Below are positions 1 to 10,504 of a DNA stretch of 64,000 bases, in pieces. The position numbers and the translations under genes were made by a program. This stretch comes from Thermoplasmatota archaeon (GTDB lineage: Archaea; Thermoplasmatota; Penumbrarchaeia; Penumbrarchaeales; Penumbrarchaeaceae): assembly GCA_029762535.1 (NCBI GenBank), contig JARVGK010000010.1:1-64000 (forward strand), in the 5' to 3' direction. The notes under the pieces are model-generated. The model did no database searches and had not been told where the DNA came from. It worked only from the letters and a program-made list of their open reading frames with translations. Every line of letters begins with the position of its first letter. Position 1 is the stretch's first letter.

Positions 1-1959
1 GAACGATGTAATGATGGGAACCGCCCGGTTCCCGTACGGGTCCTGTGCGTTCGCCGTGACCATATGCTCCCCCAACTGCATATGCTCCGTCCTGATCGTG
101 GTGGCGTACTCGAGGGTATTCGGGTTCCTGTAGGCGGCGTGTTCTGTACCGGAGACGGATAGCCTGACCGAGAGAGGGTCCTCTTTCTGAGGGTCCGAGA
201 TATTCACGGCAAAATAGAGCATGTCCCCCCTCTCGAAAGTATCGGCCTCGACAGGTCCTATATACATTCTCACCGAGAGCAATACGGGAGGGGTGGTATC
301 GATGATGGAGAGCGTGAGAGCGTTCTCGTCTAACGCCGTGTTCCCGCACGGGTCGGTGAGGGAGACGTTTAATGAATAGTTCACATAGGCCTTGAGCGAG
401 GTCGTGTCCCAGTAGGCCTCATACGTCCCGTTTTCCTTCAGATCCAATTCGACATAGTATCCGTCGGAGACGATCCTCGCCTTCCCTGAAAGGCCCTGCT
501 CGTTGAACTTCTCACGAACGCTCAACCTCACTATCGATCCCTTCTCAACGGATGTCGTCTTCGTATCCCCCACGAACGCCTCCACCGCTTCGATGACCGG
601 TGGTATGGTCTCGATGAGGACGAAGCTCGCGTTGAGATATTTTCCTTTGGGGATCGAGACCGTGGTGTTGTTGAAAAGGCCTCCTGGGGCGCTGATGTTG
701 ACCATGTATAACCCGTCCGGGAGATGGGCGGAGAACGATCCATTGCTGTCGGTTGTCAGGTTCGCGTTGCGGTATGTTCCGGTCAACGTGACGGTGGCGT
801 TGGCCACCGGATCCCCCTTGTAGTCCGCAACGCTGCCGTTGATGCCAGACTGGAATACCGAGAAGGGGTCGGACGCCAGTTTCGCCATCAGCAGCGACAC
901 CTCGATGTTGAGGTGAACGTCCTCGCTGATCCTCGATATCTCGGGAATGAACCTGGAGTTGCGGTGGTTTATCTCAACAGTGAAGGTCGGGATCCCGAAC
1001 GTGCCATAGAAGTAATCGGTGAAATCCCCCGATGTGGTGTAAAGCTGGGCCCCCGACTGGGGGGTGTAGCCGTTGTGATCGGTCATCCTGGATGCTATCG
1101 CGTGTAGCAGTTTCTGATCGGGGGCCGCCGCTAGTGTGTGGCCCCATGGATAGAGGTTCAGCCCGGAGAACGAATGGTAGGAAAGGGCCATGGTGAAGTT
1201 GACCGCGTAGGAGAGGTCCCGGAGTATCTGGTTCTCCACCTCCGAGAAGGCGGATGTCCCCCTGTAGGTGGCGGCGTTGGGATTTGTGGATGAGCCGGTC
1301 TGCCCCCATTTGTAACCAAGGTTGCGGTTGAGGTCCACGCCGTCGCCCTGGGCCGAGCCGTAGTCCTGGAAACCATCCACCCCGTTGCTCTCGTTGGTGT
1401 TCTTCCTCCAGCCGTATATCCCGTAGGAATTGTTGAGATCATCCTTGTCGATGGAGTGCTGGAACCCGTCGGGGTTGAGGACGGGGATGATCCAGATCTC
1501 GGTCCCGTTGACGATATCGTCGATCGTCCCGTTGAGGCCGTAGTTACGGAGTATGTAGTTGATGGTGAACATCGCCACCTCGTTCGAGATCCACTCCCTG
1601 GCGTGGGTCATGGCGACTATGATGATATCGGGCTCGTCGGATTCGTTCAGATGCGGGTTATCGGAGACCTTCAGCCCCCAGAGAGTTCTGCCCCCTACCG
1701 TGAGGCGGGGGGTCCCGTTCGGGTATGGGAACATGGATGAGAGGTTGAAGAGGGCGCATATGGAACTGAAATCCTCCGAGAGGACCCTCAGTTCGTTCTC
1801 GGTATCGTTGAGGTTCCGATAGCGGGTGAACGTCGTCTGATCCCATCCCGATACGGGCCCATCCTCAAGGATGAGATCGATCGGAGGGGGATCCCCCTCC
1901 GGGAGATGGATCCCTGTGGATATAATAAGGAATACTGCTAGGACCTGGACGAGCGCCAT
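1..1959 (-). CDS. Secreted M14 zinc carboxypeptidase (carboxypeptidase T-like) with C-terminal carboxypeptidase-regulatory/Ig-like domains; 3' end runs off the window
   Basis: Not in the ORF track (no stop inside the window). Manual translation from ATG at 1959 gives MALVQVLAVFLII (signal-like), THAREW (HxxE Zn motif), PVLNPDG, WRKN, GVDLNRN, YHSFSG and FTVEI; the frame is open in the segments checked and at position 1. Confidence 0.9.
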   Translation of the reverse strand, partial: MALVQVLAVFLIISTGIHLPEGDPPPIDLILEDGPVSGWDQTTFTRYRNLNDTENELRVLSEDFSSICALFNLSSMFPYPNGTPRLTVGGRTLWGLKVSDNPHLNESDEPDIIIVAMTHAREWISNEVAMFTINYILRNYGLNGTIDDIVNGTEIWIIPVLNPDGFQHSIDKDDLNNSYGIYGWRKNTNESNGVDGFQDYGSAQGDGVDLNRNLGYKWGQTGSSTNPNAATYRGTSAFSEVENQILRDLSYAVNFTMALSYHSFSGLNLYPWGHTLAAAPDQKLLHAIASRMTDHNGYTPQSGAQLYTTSGDFTDYFYGTFGIPTFTVEINHRNSRFIPEISRISEDVHLNIEVSLLMAKLASDPFSVFQSGINGSVADYKGDPVANATVTLTGTYRNANLTTDSNGSFSAHLPDGLYMVNISAPGGLFNNTTVSIPKGKYLNASFVLIETIPPVIEAVEAFVGDTKTTSVEKGSIVRLSVREKFNEQGLSGKARIVSDGYYVELDLKENGTYEAYWDTTSLKAYVNYSLNVSLTDPCGNTALDENALTLSIIDTTPPVLLSVRMYIGPVEADTFERGDMLYFAVNISDPQKEDPLSVRLSVSGTEHAAYRNPNTLEYATTIRTEHMQLGEHMVTANAQDPYGNRAVPIITSF

Positions 1960-2095
1960 GGATCATATATCATGTTGATGATATTTATTCCTTCCAGCGA
2001 TATTATGCCTATGAAGCACATGCCGAATAGTTATATACAATTCATTCGATACACCCCTGAAAAGGATTAATAATCGTTACCGATTCCAATATGCA

Positions 2096-3292
2096 ATGAC
2101 CCTGGAGAGGTATTCGCCCGATATTCTGAGGATGATATACCATCTGGCCACGATGAGGAGGAAGCTCTTCGGGAAGGAGCTCGAGGAATACCTGTCCATA
2201 AGGCTGGGCGGGACCTCCCCAAGGACTATCCACAGATGGCTGAGGTTCACCAAGGGCCTTGAGCCCGGGGAGAGGACGTTCGACTACTACCCACAGATCA
2301 ACCCCTCCTCCTTCGGCCTCATAAGATGCGAGGTCCTGTTCCGGCATCCAAAGGACGTGAACATACTAGGAGCGATCCCGCATCTCTACTGGGCCGGCAT
2401 CGTCCGGGATTCGGCCTTCGACGAGTATCTGGTCGCCCACTATCTCATACCTTCGGGGAGGATCGACGGCCTGCATCGCGTACTGGAGGCGATGTCAGAA
2501 CTCGGTATGTTCTCCGGATACGATGCCTGCGTCCTGCGGAGCGGTCTGTTCATACCCTCTCCCTTCTTCGACATGATCGGGAGGGACGGGCGCGTGAGGC
2601 TGGACGGGAACATAGACAACTCGGCCTTCGTCAACGCCCAGACGGTGAACGAAGGTCAGGGGAACATGCTGGATGAGATCCGACGAAGGCCGATCCTGGT
2701 ACCTCTGATATTCGAATCGGACAAGGAATCCCCCCCGTATCAGCAGATCTGGTCGGAGATCGGGAACAGGCTGGGGGGCAGGCTCGGCAGCTACTTCAGG
2801 GGGCCGAAGGACAGCATCCCCCTCGACGAAGAGCACGGGGCGGCCTTTGTGAGAAGGGCTTTCAACGAGATCAACAGGTCCTTCGACCTCTACTACGAGA
2901 ATATGAGGGTCTACTACAAGCCCCTTTACGACATCCCCGGCCTCGTAATGGCCAATATCTCCCTATCCTTCGATTCGGAAAACACCAGGGAGATGCTGGA
3001 GGTCATAACCCGGATCAGTGAGAGATGCATATACACCACCAGCTATTTCACGGACGGGAACGGGGCCCGGCTGGGTCTGCTCACGTCATTCGAGCAGCTC
3101 TTCATCGTCCTGAAATGGCTGAAGCACACCGGGATCGATTTCAGGCATTTCTTCATCGACAGGCCCAAATCCTGGGCGCTCTGGGGCAGGAGATACTCCA
3201 AGCTCGCCTACTGGGAACTGTTCGATCCGGAAACTGCCTCATGGTCCTTCGATACTGAGGGTTTGATCAGGAGGTTGGAAGGGGCAGGTTGA
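2096..3292 (+). CDS. Hypothetical protein, possible transcriptional regulator with N-terminal HTH, divergent from the M14 peptidase
   Basis: 398-aa ORF with HTH-like GGTSPRTIHRWL, followed by YYPQINPSSFGL, which resembles the Lrp/AsnC linker; AT-rich intergenic region upstream. Confidence 0.5.
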   Translation: MTLERYSPDILRMIYHLATMRRKLFGKELEEYLSIRLGGTSPRTIHRWLRFTKGLEPGERTFDYYPQINPSSFGLIRCEVLFRHPKDVNILGAIPHLYWAGIVRDSAFDEYLVAHYLIPSGRIDGLHRVLEAMSELGMFSGYDACVLRSGLFIPSPFFDMIGRDGRVRLDGNIDNSAFVNAQTVNEGQGNMLDEIRRRPILVPLIFESDKESPPYQQIWSEIGNRLGGRLGSYFRGPKDSIPLDEEHGAAFVRRAFNEINRSFDLYYENMRVYYKPLYDIPGLVMANISLSFDSENTREMLEVITRISERCIYTTSYFTDGNGARLGLLTSFEQLFIVLKWLKHTGIDFRHFFIDRPKSWALWGRRYSKLAYWELFDPETASWSFDTEGLIRRLEGAG

Positions 3293-3345
3293 TGTCAATT
3301 TTTTCGATATTGTGTCACGTTCATTACTTATAATGTGGGGGTCGA

Positions 3346-6300
3346 ATGATGAGGTATCGCTTGGGCTTGGGGTTAAAGATGAGGAACGTATGCTCGGCGG
3401 GGGTGATACTGCTTCTCGCAGTATCCTTCTTCCCCTTGCATCCTTTAGATGGCAGGCTCGAGAATGACCTGATCCCTGCCCCTCCCGGAGGGATCGTCTT
3501 CGTCGAGAACCTGGGGCAGTTCCAAGGCGGCCTCGATCTTTTTGCCGTGACCCCCTTCGGAACAGCGGGATTCGGCAAAGGGGAGATCTACTACGATATC
3601 AAGGGAGATGGCAGGGGGGCCGTTGTCAGGATCGGTTTCGGCGGAAATGCCGTGCCGGAGGGCATCGATGACCTGGGCTATCCCTCCAACTACTTCCTGG
3701 GGAACGACCCCGAAAGGTGGGTCATCGGCGCAAGGAGCTATTCCCGAATAAAATACGAGGATGTATGGCCGGGGATCGACATCGTATTCGGTTCCGGCAG
3801 GGGGTCGTTAAAATACGATCTAATCCTCGCTCCCGGCGCCGATCCCGATGATATCCGCTTCCGGGTGGATGGGGCGCTCGGCATCAGGAGCTCCGGCGAC
3901 GGTCTCCGAATGGACACCGCTGCCGGTCCGCTGTTCGACTCAGGCCTCATCGCCTATCATACAACGGGTGGCCGTATAGAGTGCGGCTTTGAAACGATGG
4001 AGGACGGGTCCTTCGGATTCCGCCTATCCGAATACGACAGGACAAAGGAGATCGTCATCGATCCCTTCGTCTCATCGATCATAATAGGGGGATCGGAGAA
4101 GGAGGAGACCATGGGAGGCTTGGCCCTGGACGCGGACGGCAACATTTTCATGGCCGGCAGCACGACCTCCATCGATTTTCCGGTCACACCAGGCGCTTAT
4201 GATACTTCCCTCGATGCGGAGGACGCCTTCGTGATGATGCTCGACCAGAACGCTTCAAGGGTGCTTTTTGCTACCTACATCGGGGGCAGCGGCGGGGAGA
4301 TCCTGAAATCGGTGGACATAGGTCCGGAGGGGAACATCTACGTTACCGGATGGACCGGATCCTTGGATTATCCGACCACCGCGAACGCTATCTCCGGATC
4401 GCTCAGCGGTACCGACGACGGCATCGTCTCGGCGCTCGATCCCACCGGGTCCTCGCTTCTCTTCTCGACATATATAGGCGGGGGGAGCCTGGATTCCGTG
4501 CACTATGTCACCGCCTCCTCTGACGGGATCATATACGTGGCCGGAGAGACGTATTCGAACGGATTCACAACGACGGAAGGTGCGTTCCAGGGAAACTTCG
4601 GAGGTTTATCGGACGCGTTCGTCATGAAGATGGATACGACAACGGGAGATCTCATCTATTCCACCCTGATAGGAGGCGATCTTTGGGACGGGATACACGA
4701 TATGATCGTTGACGAGCAAGGCTGGGTGTACGTCTGCGGCGGGACCTACTCCTCGAACTTCCCGACCACTCCGGGGGCATACTCCCGTTCACGAAAAGGG
4801 GAGACGGACGCATTCGTCCTGATCCTGAACGAAAACGGCAGCGACATCATCCACTCGACATTGGTGGGAGGATCGACGCATGACCGCTTCTACGGTATCC
4901 GCAGGAACAGGGAGGGTAATGTCATCGTTTCGGGACACGCCGAGGACAGCGATTATCCGACAACGCCCGGAGCCTTCGACCGGACCTATGCGGGAGGGGG
5001 AGATATCGTCGTTACCATCCTGGACCCCGAGCTTTCGAGCATCCTCTTCTCCACCTACGCCGGGGGCGCCGGCCGGGAAGCCGTCGAGGCGATCGATATC
5101 GACTCCCTGGGGAACATATACCTCTGCGGTTTCACCGATTCCGACGATCTGCCGACGACCTACGGGGAATACGATACCTACGGCGGGAACCGGGACGCCT
5201 TCTTCATGGTCTTCGAACCCGATCTTGGCTCGCTCAAGAGGTCGACCTACATCGGCGGATCCGACATCGATGAGGCAAAGCATGTGGCGCTGGACGGATA
5301 CGGCTCGGTGATGGTATCCGGGATCACGCAGTCATCTGATTTTCCCGTTACGGGATCGGGTTTCGGCCCCGGCGGAGGACGGGACCTCTTCCTGAGTGTA
5401 TTCAGGGACGAGATAGGCACGAATCCCATCAGGTTCGATCCCGCCATCCCCCGAACGGGAGAAGAGCTCAGGATCTCCCTGGATGCAGTGGACATCGATC
5501 CGGATACCGCCCTGTTCCACTACAGCGTCGATGACGGTCCGCTCAGTACGATCGAGGCGATCAAGGTCGGAGAGGGCCGGTTCCGCCTCCGCTTCGACGT
5601 TCCCAATGATGCCGTTCTCATTGACCATTATCACGAGTACCTGATAGCCGGAAATGTCGTGAGGCGCTCCTCGGTCGAAATGCTGCCGGTTATTGACGAT
5701 GAGCCTCCCATCCTCGTCGCCGATCGATCGGACCGGATCGCGAGCATGGGCTCACACTACGCTTTCGAGTTCACCGTATCCGACAACGTTGGGATCTCGT
5801 CCGCCAGCGTCGAATACAATCTGGACGATGGGACGCCAAAGACGATGGCCCTGACGGGAAAGAACGACCTTTCCGGCAGCATAACGATACCCTATGCCGC
5901 AAGGACCCTCGCCTATCGTTTGATCGCATCGGACGCCTGGGGCAATCATGCCCGGGTCGATACCATTCGTGTTGAGGTCGTGCCCCCCAGCTACGAGCTT
6001 ATCTATTCGGCGTACATGGATGATGATCCCGAATGGCGCAGGGAGGGTGACGGCTTCTTCTGGAGCGGAAGCTCATACCGAATTGAGGGCGGATACGGCT
6101 ATGCCGGCGCCGATGTGGATGGCATCGAGGGATCGTTCGTCCTCGAGTACGATATCGGGATCGATGTCCTGGAGATGGGCTCATCGCTTTCTTTCGGGCT
6201 GCGGGACGCAGATATGAGCGGGGCCGGCCAGATGGCGGAGATCGCCTTCGGTTCCGGATCCTTCACGGACTACGTCGAGCTGAGAACGATCGACGTGAAT

Positions 6301-8298
6301 GGGAAGTCAAAGGAGGTGCGTGCGGCTCTGGACATCCCTGAAGGGGAGCTCTACAGGTGCAGGATACGATACGACCCCCAAGTCGAGGCGGTGTATGGTA
6401 CCGTGATAAAGCTCGATGGCTTTACGGAGGCTTCGTCCTTGGTTATTGAGGACGTGAAGGCTTTCGATGACCTGTCCACCGTATGTTCCTCGAACCTCGG
6501 ATCCGATGCCACAGGAGAATCGTCCGGTCGGATCGACGACGTACTGTTGTTCAAGGAGCGAAGGACCGCCCTTATAGCGAGGGACCTCGGCCCGGATAAC
6601 GCGACCACTGGCGACCCCGTGTACCTCTCTGCGCTGCTATCCGATCCCGCGAGGATCTCCTCCGCAGTATTGGAATACGGTTTCGATGACGGAACACCGA
6701 TGAGGACTGCGCTCGTCGTCGATCAGGTGGTCGGCCTGCATGTCGCGGTTCCTCCCAACGCCTTGGAGATAAGCTACCGCTTCCTTGTCACGGACCTTTA
6801 CGGGATCGGTGACGCCTCAGCTCTCAGGGCCATACCCGTCATGGACAACGATCCACCCGAGATAATTGAGGACAGGACCGCGGAGATGGCCCAAGCGGGT
6901 GCGAACCTCAGCATATCCGTGATGGTCGAGGACAACATAGGCGTGGAGGAGGTATGGGTCGAATACAGCATCGACGGTTCAGCTCCTTCAATTGTGGCTC
7001 TCTCCGGAGATCGCGAGTTCTATGGGCAGATCCGGGTCCAGGGCGGATCGCTTCTCCGATACGGTATCCATGCCAGGGATACATCGGGTAACGTCGGGAA
7101 GGGGCCGCTGCGCACACTCGAGATCATCGATGCGCATCCACCGTTCCTTTCAAGGGACAGAACACCTGTAAAAGGAGTTGTCGGGGAGGTCTTCAGGTTC
7201 GAGATCGAGGCGAACGACAACAGCGGGGCCTTCACCGCCTGGGTCGATCTCAGCCTCGGAGGAAGGGACAGGCAACGCATCATCATGGATGGTGAGGGCG
7301 GGATCCGCTATGCGGAAGTATCTATATATGCATCCCTCGCCCGATCGATCAACTACACGATATTCATATCGGATATGAGCGGCAACTCGATCTCGATCGG
7401 ACCGAAGTTCGCGACATTGGAGAACCCTTTCATCAACGCCCTGCCTTCGGGTTCGGTCATGCTTTACGAGGGGGAGAACTTAGAGGACCTGATGCGCCTG
7501 CCGCCCTTCGTCGTGACATCCTCCCTCTCGCACATTAGAGGAGGGCGCATTGTCCAGGGCGTGCCGTCGGATCCCGGGTTATATACGATGCATGTAAGAT
7601 TGACCGACGTGTACGGGATCGAACACTCTTTCTCTCTTCAAATGACGCTGCTCCCCGAGGAGCATGATTCGGACGGGGACGGTATGCCCGACCTGTGGGA
7701 GAGGCGATACGGCCTGGATCCCCTTGACCCCCTTGACGGTTCGGAGGACTCCGACGAGGACGATCTGACCAACTATCAGGAATACCTCAACGGGACCGAT
7801 CCCTTCGATCCGGACACGGACAAAGACGGCATGCCCGACGGTTGGGAGGTCAGGTACGGGCTGGACCCGCTTCGGTTCTCCGCCCTGGACGATACGGACG
7901 GGGACGGCAGAACGGATCTCGAGGAGTACCTTTCAGGGTCGGATCCCACGGTCAAGGACGTCGCAAGGTCCAGAGGTATCAGGATCTCATTTGCCGTCGT
8001 CGTTATCGTGGCATTGCTATTCCTCATCCTCATCGCTGTAGTGATGTCGCTCGCCATGAGCCTTGGAAAGGTCAGCAGGAGGATAGTTGATCCGAACGGT
8101 GAAGGGGAAATGGACATCAAGAACGGGGACAACGGGATCGCTCAAAACGGGGTCAGATACATGGATCCCATGGACCCCATGAACATGGGTATCCCGATCC
8201 CCGACGTCGAGGAGAAGGCGATCCAATCTGATGTAAAGGACGGCGAGGTAAATGGGAGAAAGCCACCTCAGAAGAGATACCCCGTCTATGTCCTTTGA
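3346..8298 (+). CDS. Large cell-surface protein: signal peptide, conserved N-terminal domain, SBBP beta-propeller repeats, Ig-like stalk, Ca-binding DxDGDG repeats, C-terminal TM
   Basis: FVENLGQ and NYFLGNDPERW; repeated STYIGG...GxTxSxDFPxTxGA units; DSDGDGMPDLWE and DTDKDGMPDGWE; hydrophobic C-terminal helix. Confidence 0.85.
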   Translation: MMRYRLGLGLKMRNVCSAGVILLLAVSFFPLHPLDGRLENDLIPAPPGGIVFVENLGQFQGGLDLFAVTPFGTAGFGKGEIYYDIKGDGRGAVVRIGFGGNAVPEGIDDLGYPSNYFLGNDPERWVIGARSYSRIKYEDVWPGIDIVFGSGRGSLKYDLILAPGADPDDIRFRVDGALGIRSSGDGLRMDTAAGPLFDSGLIAYHTTGGRIECGFETMEDGSFGFRLSEYDRTKEIVIDPFVSSIIIGGSEKEETMGGLALDADGNIFMAGSTTSIDFPVTPGAYDTSLDAEDAFVMMLDQNASRVLFATYIGGSGGEILKSVDIGPEGNIYVTGWTGSLDYPTTANAISGSLSGTDDGIVSALDPTGSSLLFSTYIGGGSLDSVHYVTASSDGIIYVAGETYSNGFTTTEGAFQGNFGGLSDAFVMKMDTTTGDLIYSTLIGGDLWDGIHDMIVDEQGWVYVCGGTYSSNFPTTPGAYSRSRKGETDAFVLILNENGSDIIHSTLVGGSTHDRFYGIRRNREGNVIVSGHAEDSDYPTTPGAFDRTYAGGGDIVVTILDPELSSILFSTYAGGAGREAVEAIDIDSLGNIYLCGFTDSDDLPTTYGEYDTYGGNRDAFFMVFEPDLGSLKRSTYIGGSDIDEAKHVALDGYGSVMVSGITQSSDFPVTGSGFGPGGGRDLFLSVFRDEIGTNPIRFDPAIPRTGEELRISLDAVDIDPDTALFHYSVDDGPLSTIEAIKVGEGRFRLRFDVPNDAVLIDHYHEYLIAGNVVRRSSVEMLPVIDDEPPILVADRSDRIASMGSHYAFEFTVSDNVGISSASVEYNLDDGTPKTMALTGKNDLSGSITIPYAARTLAYRLIASDAWGNHARVDTIRVEVVPPSYELIYSAYMDDDPEWRREGDGFFWSGSSYRIEGGYGYAGADVDGIEGSFVLEYDIGIDVLEMGSSLSFGLRDADMSGAGQMAEIAFGSGSFTDYVELRTIDVNGKSKEVRAALDIPEGELYRCRIRYDPQVEAVYGTVIKLDGFTEASSLVIEDVKAFDDLSTVCSSNLGSDATGESSGRIDDVLLFKERRTALIARDLGPDNATTGDPVYLSALLSDPARISSAVLEYGFDDGTPMRTALVVDQVVGLHVAVPPNALEISYRFLVTDLYGIGDASALRAIPVMDNDPPEIIEDRTAEMAQAGANLSISVMVEDNIGVEEVWVEYSIDGSAPSIVALSGDREFYGQIRVQGGSLLRYGIHARDTSGNVGKGPLRTLEIIDAHPPFLSRDRTPVKGVVGEVFRFEIEANDNSGAFTAWVDLSLGGRDRQRIIMDGEGGIRYAEVSIYASLARSINYTIFISDMSGNSISIGPKFATLENPFINALPSGSVMLYEGENLEDLMRLPPFVVTSSLSHIRGGRIVQGVPSDPGLYTMHVRLTDVYGIEHSFSLQMTLLPEEHDSDGDGMPDLWERRYGLDPLDPLDGSEDSDEDDLTNYQEYLNGTDPFDPDTDKDGMPDGWEVRYGLDPLRFSALDDTDGDGRTDLEEYLSGSDPTVKDVARSRGIRISFAVVVIVALLFLILIAVVMSLAMSLGKVSRRIVDPNGEGEMDIKNGDNGIAQNGVRYMDPMDPMNMGIPIPDVEEKAIQSDVKDGEVNGRKPPQKRYPVYVL

Positions 8299-8403
8299 TC
8301 GCTCCCAGGTGCGACAGGGAACAGGCAATATCCCTGAAATACTTCAGGTGTGATACCACGGATCACCATGCGATTGATATATCGAAGGGACATATCAGGT
8401 GAG

Positions 8404-9021
8404 ATGGCCCCGAAGAAGTACTACGTCGTGTGGATCGGGAGATCCCCCGGGATCTACGCTACCTGGAGCGAATGCCGGGAGCAGGTCCATAACTACAAGG
8501 ATGCCAGATACAAGGCCTTTCTGGGCCTTGAAGAGGCACGAGAGGCGTTCTCCGAAGGTTGGCAGAAACACTACCGACGGGGATCGAATGTCAAAAAGAT
8601 GCCCTTGACGGGCAGCGGACCCGTTCCCGACAGCATCTCGGTGGATGCGGCCTGTTCCGGGAATCCTGGGCCTACCGAGTACAGAGGAGTGCATACTAAA
8701 AGCGGGGATCCCCTCTTCGAGGGGAGGTTGAGATTCGCGACGAACAACATCGGGGAGTTCCTCGCCATTGTAGAAGCGCTGAGGATCCTCAAAGGGAAGA
8801 GATCGGATATGCCGATATATTCCGATTCGGGAACCGCCATAACATGGGTCCGGAAGAAAAGGTGCAACACCGCCCTGAGGGGATCCGCTTCGACTAAGGA
8901 GGCCTTCGAAAGGATCGAGGGGGCCGAGAGATGGCTCGAGGAGAACGACTACCCCAACCCGATCCTGAAATGGGACACCCGGCGCTGGGGGGAGATCCCC
9001 GCGGACTATGGGAGGAAATGA
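8404..9021 (+). CDS. rnhA: Ribonuclease HI with N-terminal hybrid-binding domain
   Basis: KKYYVVWIGRSPGIYATWSEC (hybrid-binding domain), SVDAACSGNPG, TNNIGEFLAIV, IYSDS, WGEIPADYGRK. Start refined to ATG 8404, which follows a GGTGA RBS. Confidence 0.93.
   Translation: MAPKKYYVVWIGRSPGIYATWSECREQVHNYKDARYKAFLGLEEAREAFSEGWQKHYRRGSNVKKMPLTGSGPVPDSISVDAACSGNPGPTEYRGVHTKSGDPLFEGRLRFATNNIGEFLAIVEALRILKGKRSDMPIYSDSGTAITWVRKKRCNTALRGSASTKEAFERIEGAERWLEENDYPNPILKWDTRRWGEIPADYGRK
8989..9020 (+). repeat. 32-bp direct repeat, copy 1 (3' end of rnhA)
   Basis: ggggagatccccgcggactatgggaggaaatg; 31/32 identical to 10505-10536. Confidence 0.95.
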
Positions 9022-9101
9022 TCGCATGTCGATCCATCCCCCCCTTCTATCCCAGCGGGATCTCTCCTTCGGATCATTCGTTATTCCTGTGGGAAAAATA
9101 A

Positions 9102-9134
9102 TATACCATATCGGTTATAAACCATAATGGTGTA
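9102..9134. promoter_or_regulatory. Imperfect palindrome (candidate operator) in the promoter region of the ATPase gene
   Basis: tataccat-atc-ggtt-ata-aacc-ata-atggtgta, centred on 9118; 11 of 16 symmetric positions are complementary; ends 2 bp before ATG 9137. Confidence 0.5.
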
Positions 9135-9136
9135 AT

Positions 9137-10501
9137 ATGTCGTTCTTCGACAGATCGGACGAATTGGAGATAATTGGAAAGGCCCTTAAACGCCCATATT
9201 GTTTCGTCGTAATTACTGGAAGAAGGCGTATCGGCAAGACCAGGCTCGTGCGGGAGGCCCTCGCCGGGACCGATCACATCGAGCTGTTCATCCCCAGGAA
9301 GAGGAGGAGCCAGGTCCTTGAACAGCTGAGGTCATCCATAGCAGAGCAGACCGGATTCTCCCCGGACTTTTCCGATCTCGGGACACTCCTGGAATATCTT
9401 TTCAGAAAGGAGAAAAGACCGGTCTTCATCGACGAGATCTCGAATGTACAAAAGGTGGATCCTGGATCGTTCTCCGACATACAGAGGATATACGACCGTT
9501 ACAAGGAGGAATGCGGAATACACCTCATAGTCGACGGATCGTATGTTGGCGTTATGAAGAGGATATTCCAGGACAGGAAGGAGCCACTCTTCGGCAGGGC
9601 GACGGATGTCATACAGTTGAGGCCGCTGCCCATAAAGGATTCCATTGGAATGGCCATGGAGCAGGGTTTCGGTCCCGTCGATTCCCTCGAGGCCCGATCC
9701 ATCCTCGGGGGAGTACCTCGTTACCTCGAACTGATCCACGGATACAGGGACATGAGGGATCTCAAGGAGAGGGTATTCGATCAGGGTTCCATCTTTCCAA
9801 CCGAACCGGAGAACATTCTCATTCAGGAGTTCGGAGCATCCTGGGAGACGTATTTCTCCATACTCGAGGTGATAGCCGCAGGCGCGACCGGGCCCTCGGC
9901 GATCGCCAACGAGCTCGATATGAACGCACAGATGGTGCCGAAGTACCTGAACAGGCTCATCGGGATCGGGATATTGATGAAGGAGAAGCCGCTATTCGGA
10001 AAGAAGAAACAGGTCCGATATTCTATATGCGACCCCTATCTTGATATCTGGTTCGGGGTTTACTATCCGAGGATAGAACTCTACAGGGAGGGGGTGTCCA
10101 GGGTTCCGCTGGAAACGATCGATTCTGCCATCGGCCGGGCCATGGAGCGAACGATAAGGGAGATCGTCTCATTAGGTGGGGTTGTGCCTTTTAATATCGA
10201 CGGGATCGGATCATGGTGGAATCGCTCAGGAGATGAGATAGATATCGTGGCCTTCAACAGGAAAGGGAGCCATATTGCCTTCGGGGAGGTGAAATGGGGA
10301 TCGCACATTGTAGGACCCGATGTCGTATCCAAGCTGATCGAGAGATCGGCGATGGTGCAATGGAATCAGAAGAAGAGGAGCGAAACGTTGTTCATCGTCT
10401 CCAGGTCCGGTTTCAACAAGAAAGCGATGGAATTGATGGAGCAACACGGTATAGCCGGCATGGATACGGCTCGATTGATGAGGATCGTGCTTAATCCGTA
10501 G
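9137..10501 (+). CDS. Archaeal ATPase (AAA+/STAND-like) with wHTH and C-terminal DUF234-type PD-(D/E)XK nuclease-like domain
   Basis: FFDRSDEL, Walker A GRRRIGKT, Walker B FIDE, PLFGR, GGVPRYL, EIDIVA...FGEVKW. Confidence 0.88.
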   Translation: MSFFDRSDELEIIGKALKRPYCFVVITGRRRIGKTRLVREALAGTDHIELFIPRKRRSQVLEQLRSSIAEQTGFSPDFSDLGTLLEYLFRKEKRPVFIDEISNVQKVDPGSFSDIQRIYDRYKEECGIHLIVDGSYVGVMKRIFQDRKEPLFGRATDVIQLRPLPIKDSIGMAMEQGFGPVDSLEARSILGGVPRYLELIHGYRDMRDLKERVFDQGSIFPTEPENILIQEFGASWETYFSILEVIAAGATGPSAIANELDMNAQMVPKYLNRLIGIGILMKEKPLFGKKKQVRYSICDPYLDIWFGVYYPRIELYREGVSRVPLETIDSAIGRAMERTIREIVSLGGVVPFNIDGIGSWWNRSGDEIDIVAFNRKGSHIAFGEVKWGSHIVGPDVVSKLIERSAMVQWNQKKRSETLFIVSRSGFNKKAMELMEQHGIAGMDTARLMRIVLNP

Positions 10502-10504
10502 GGC

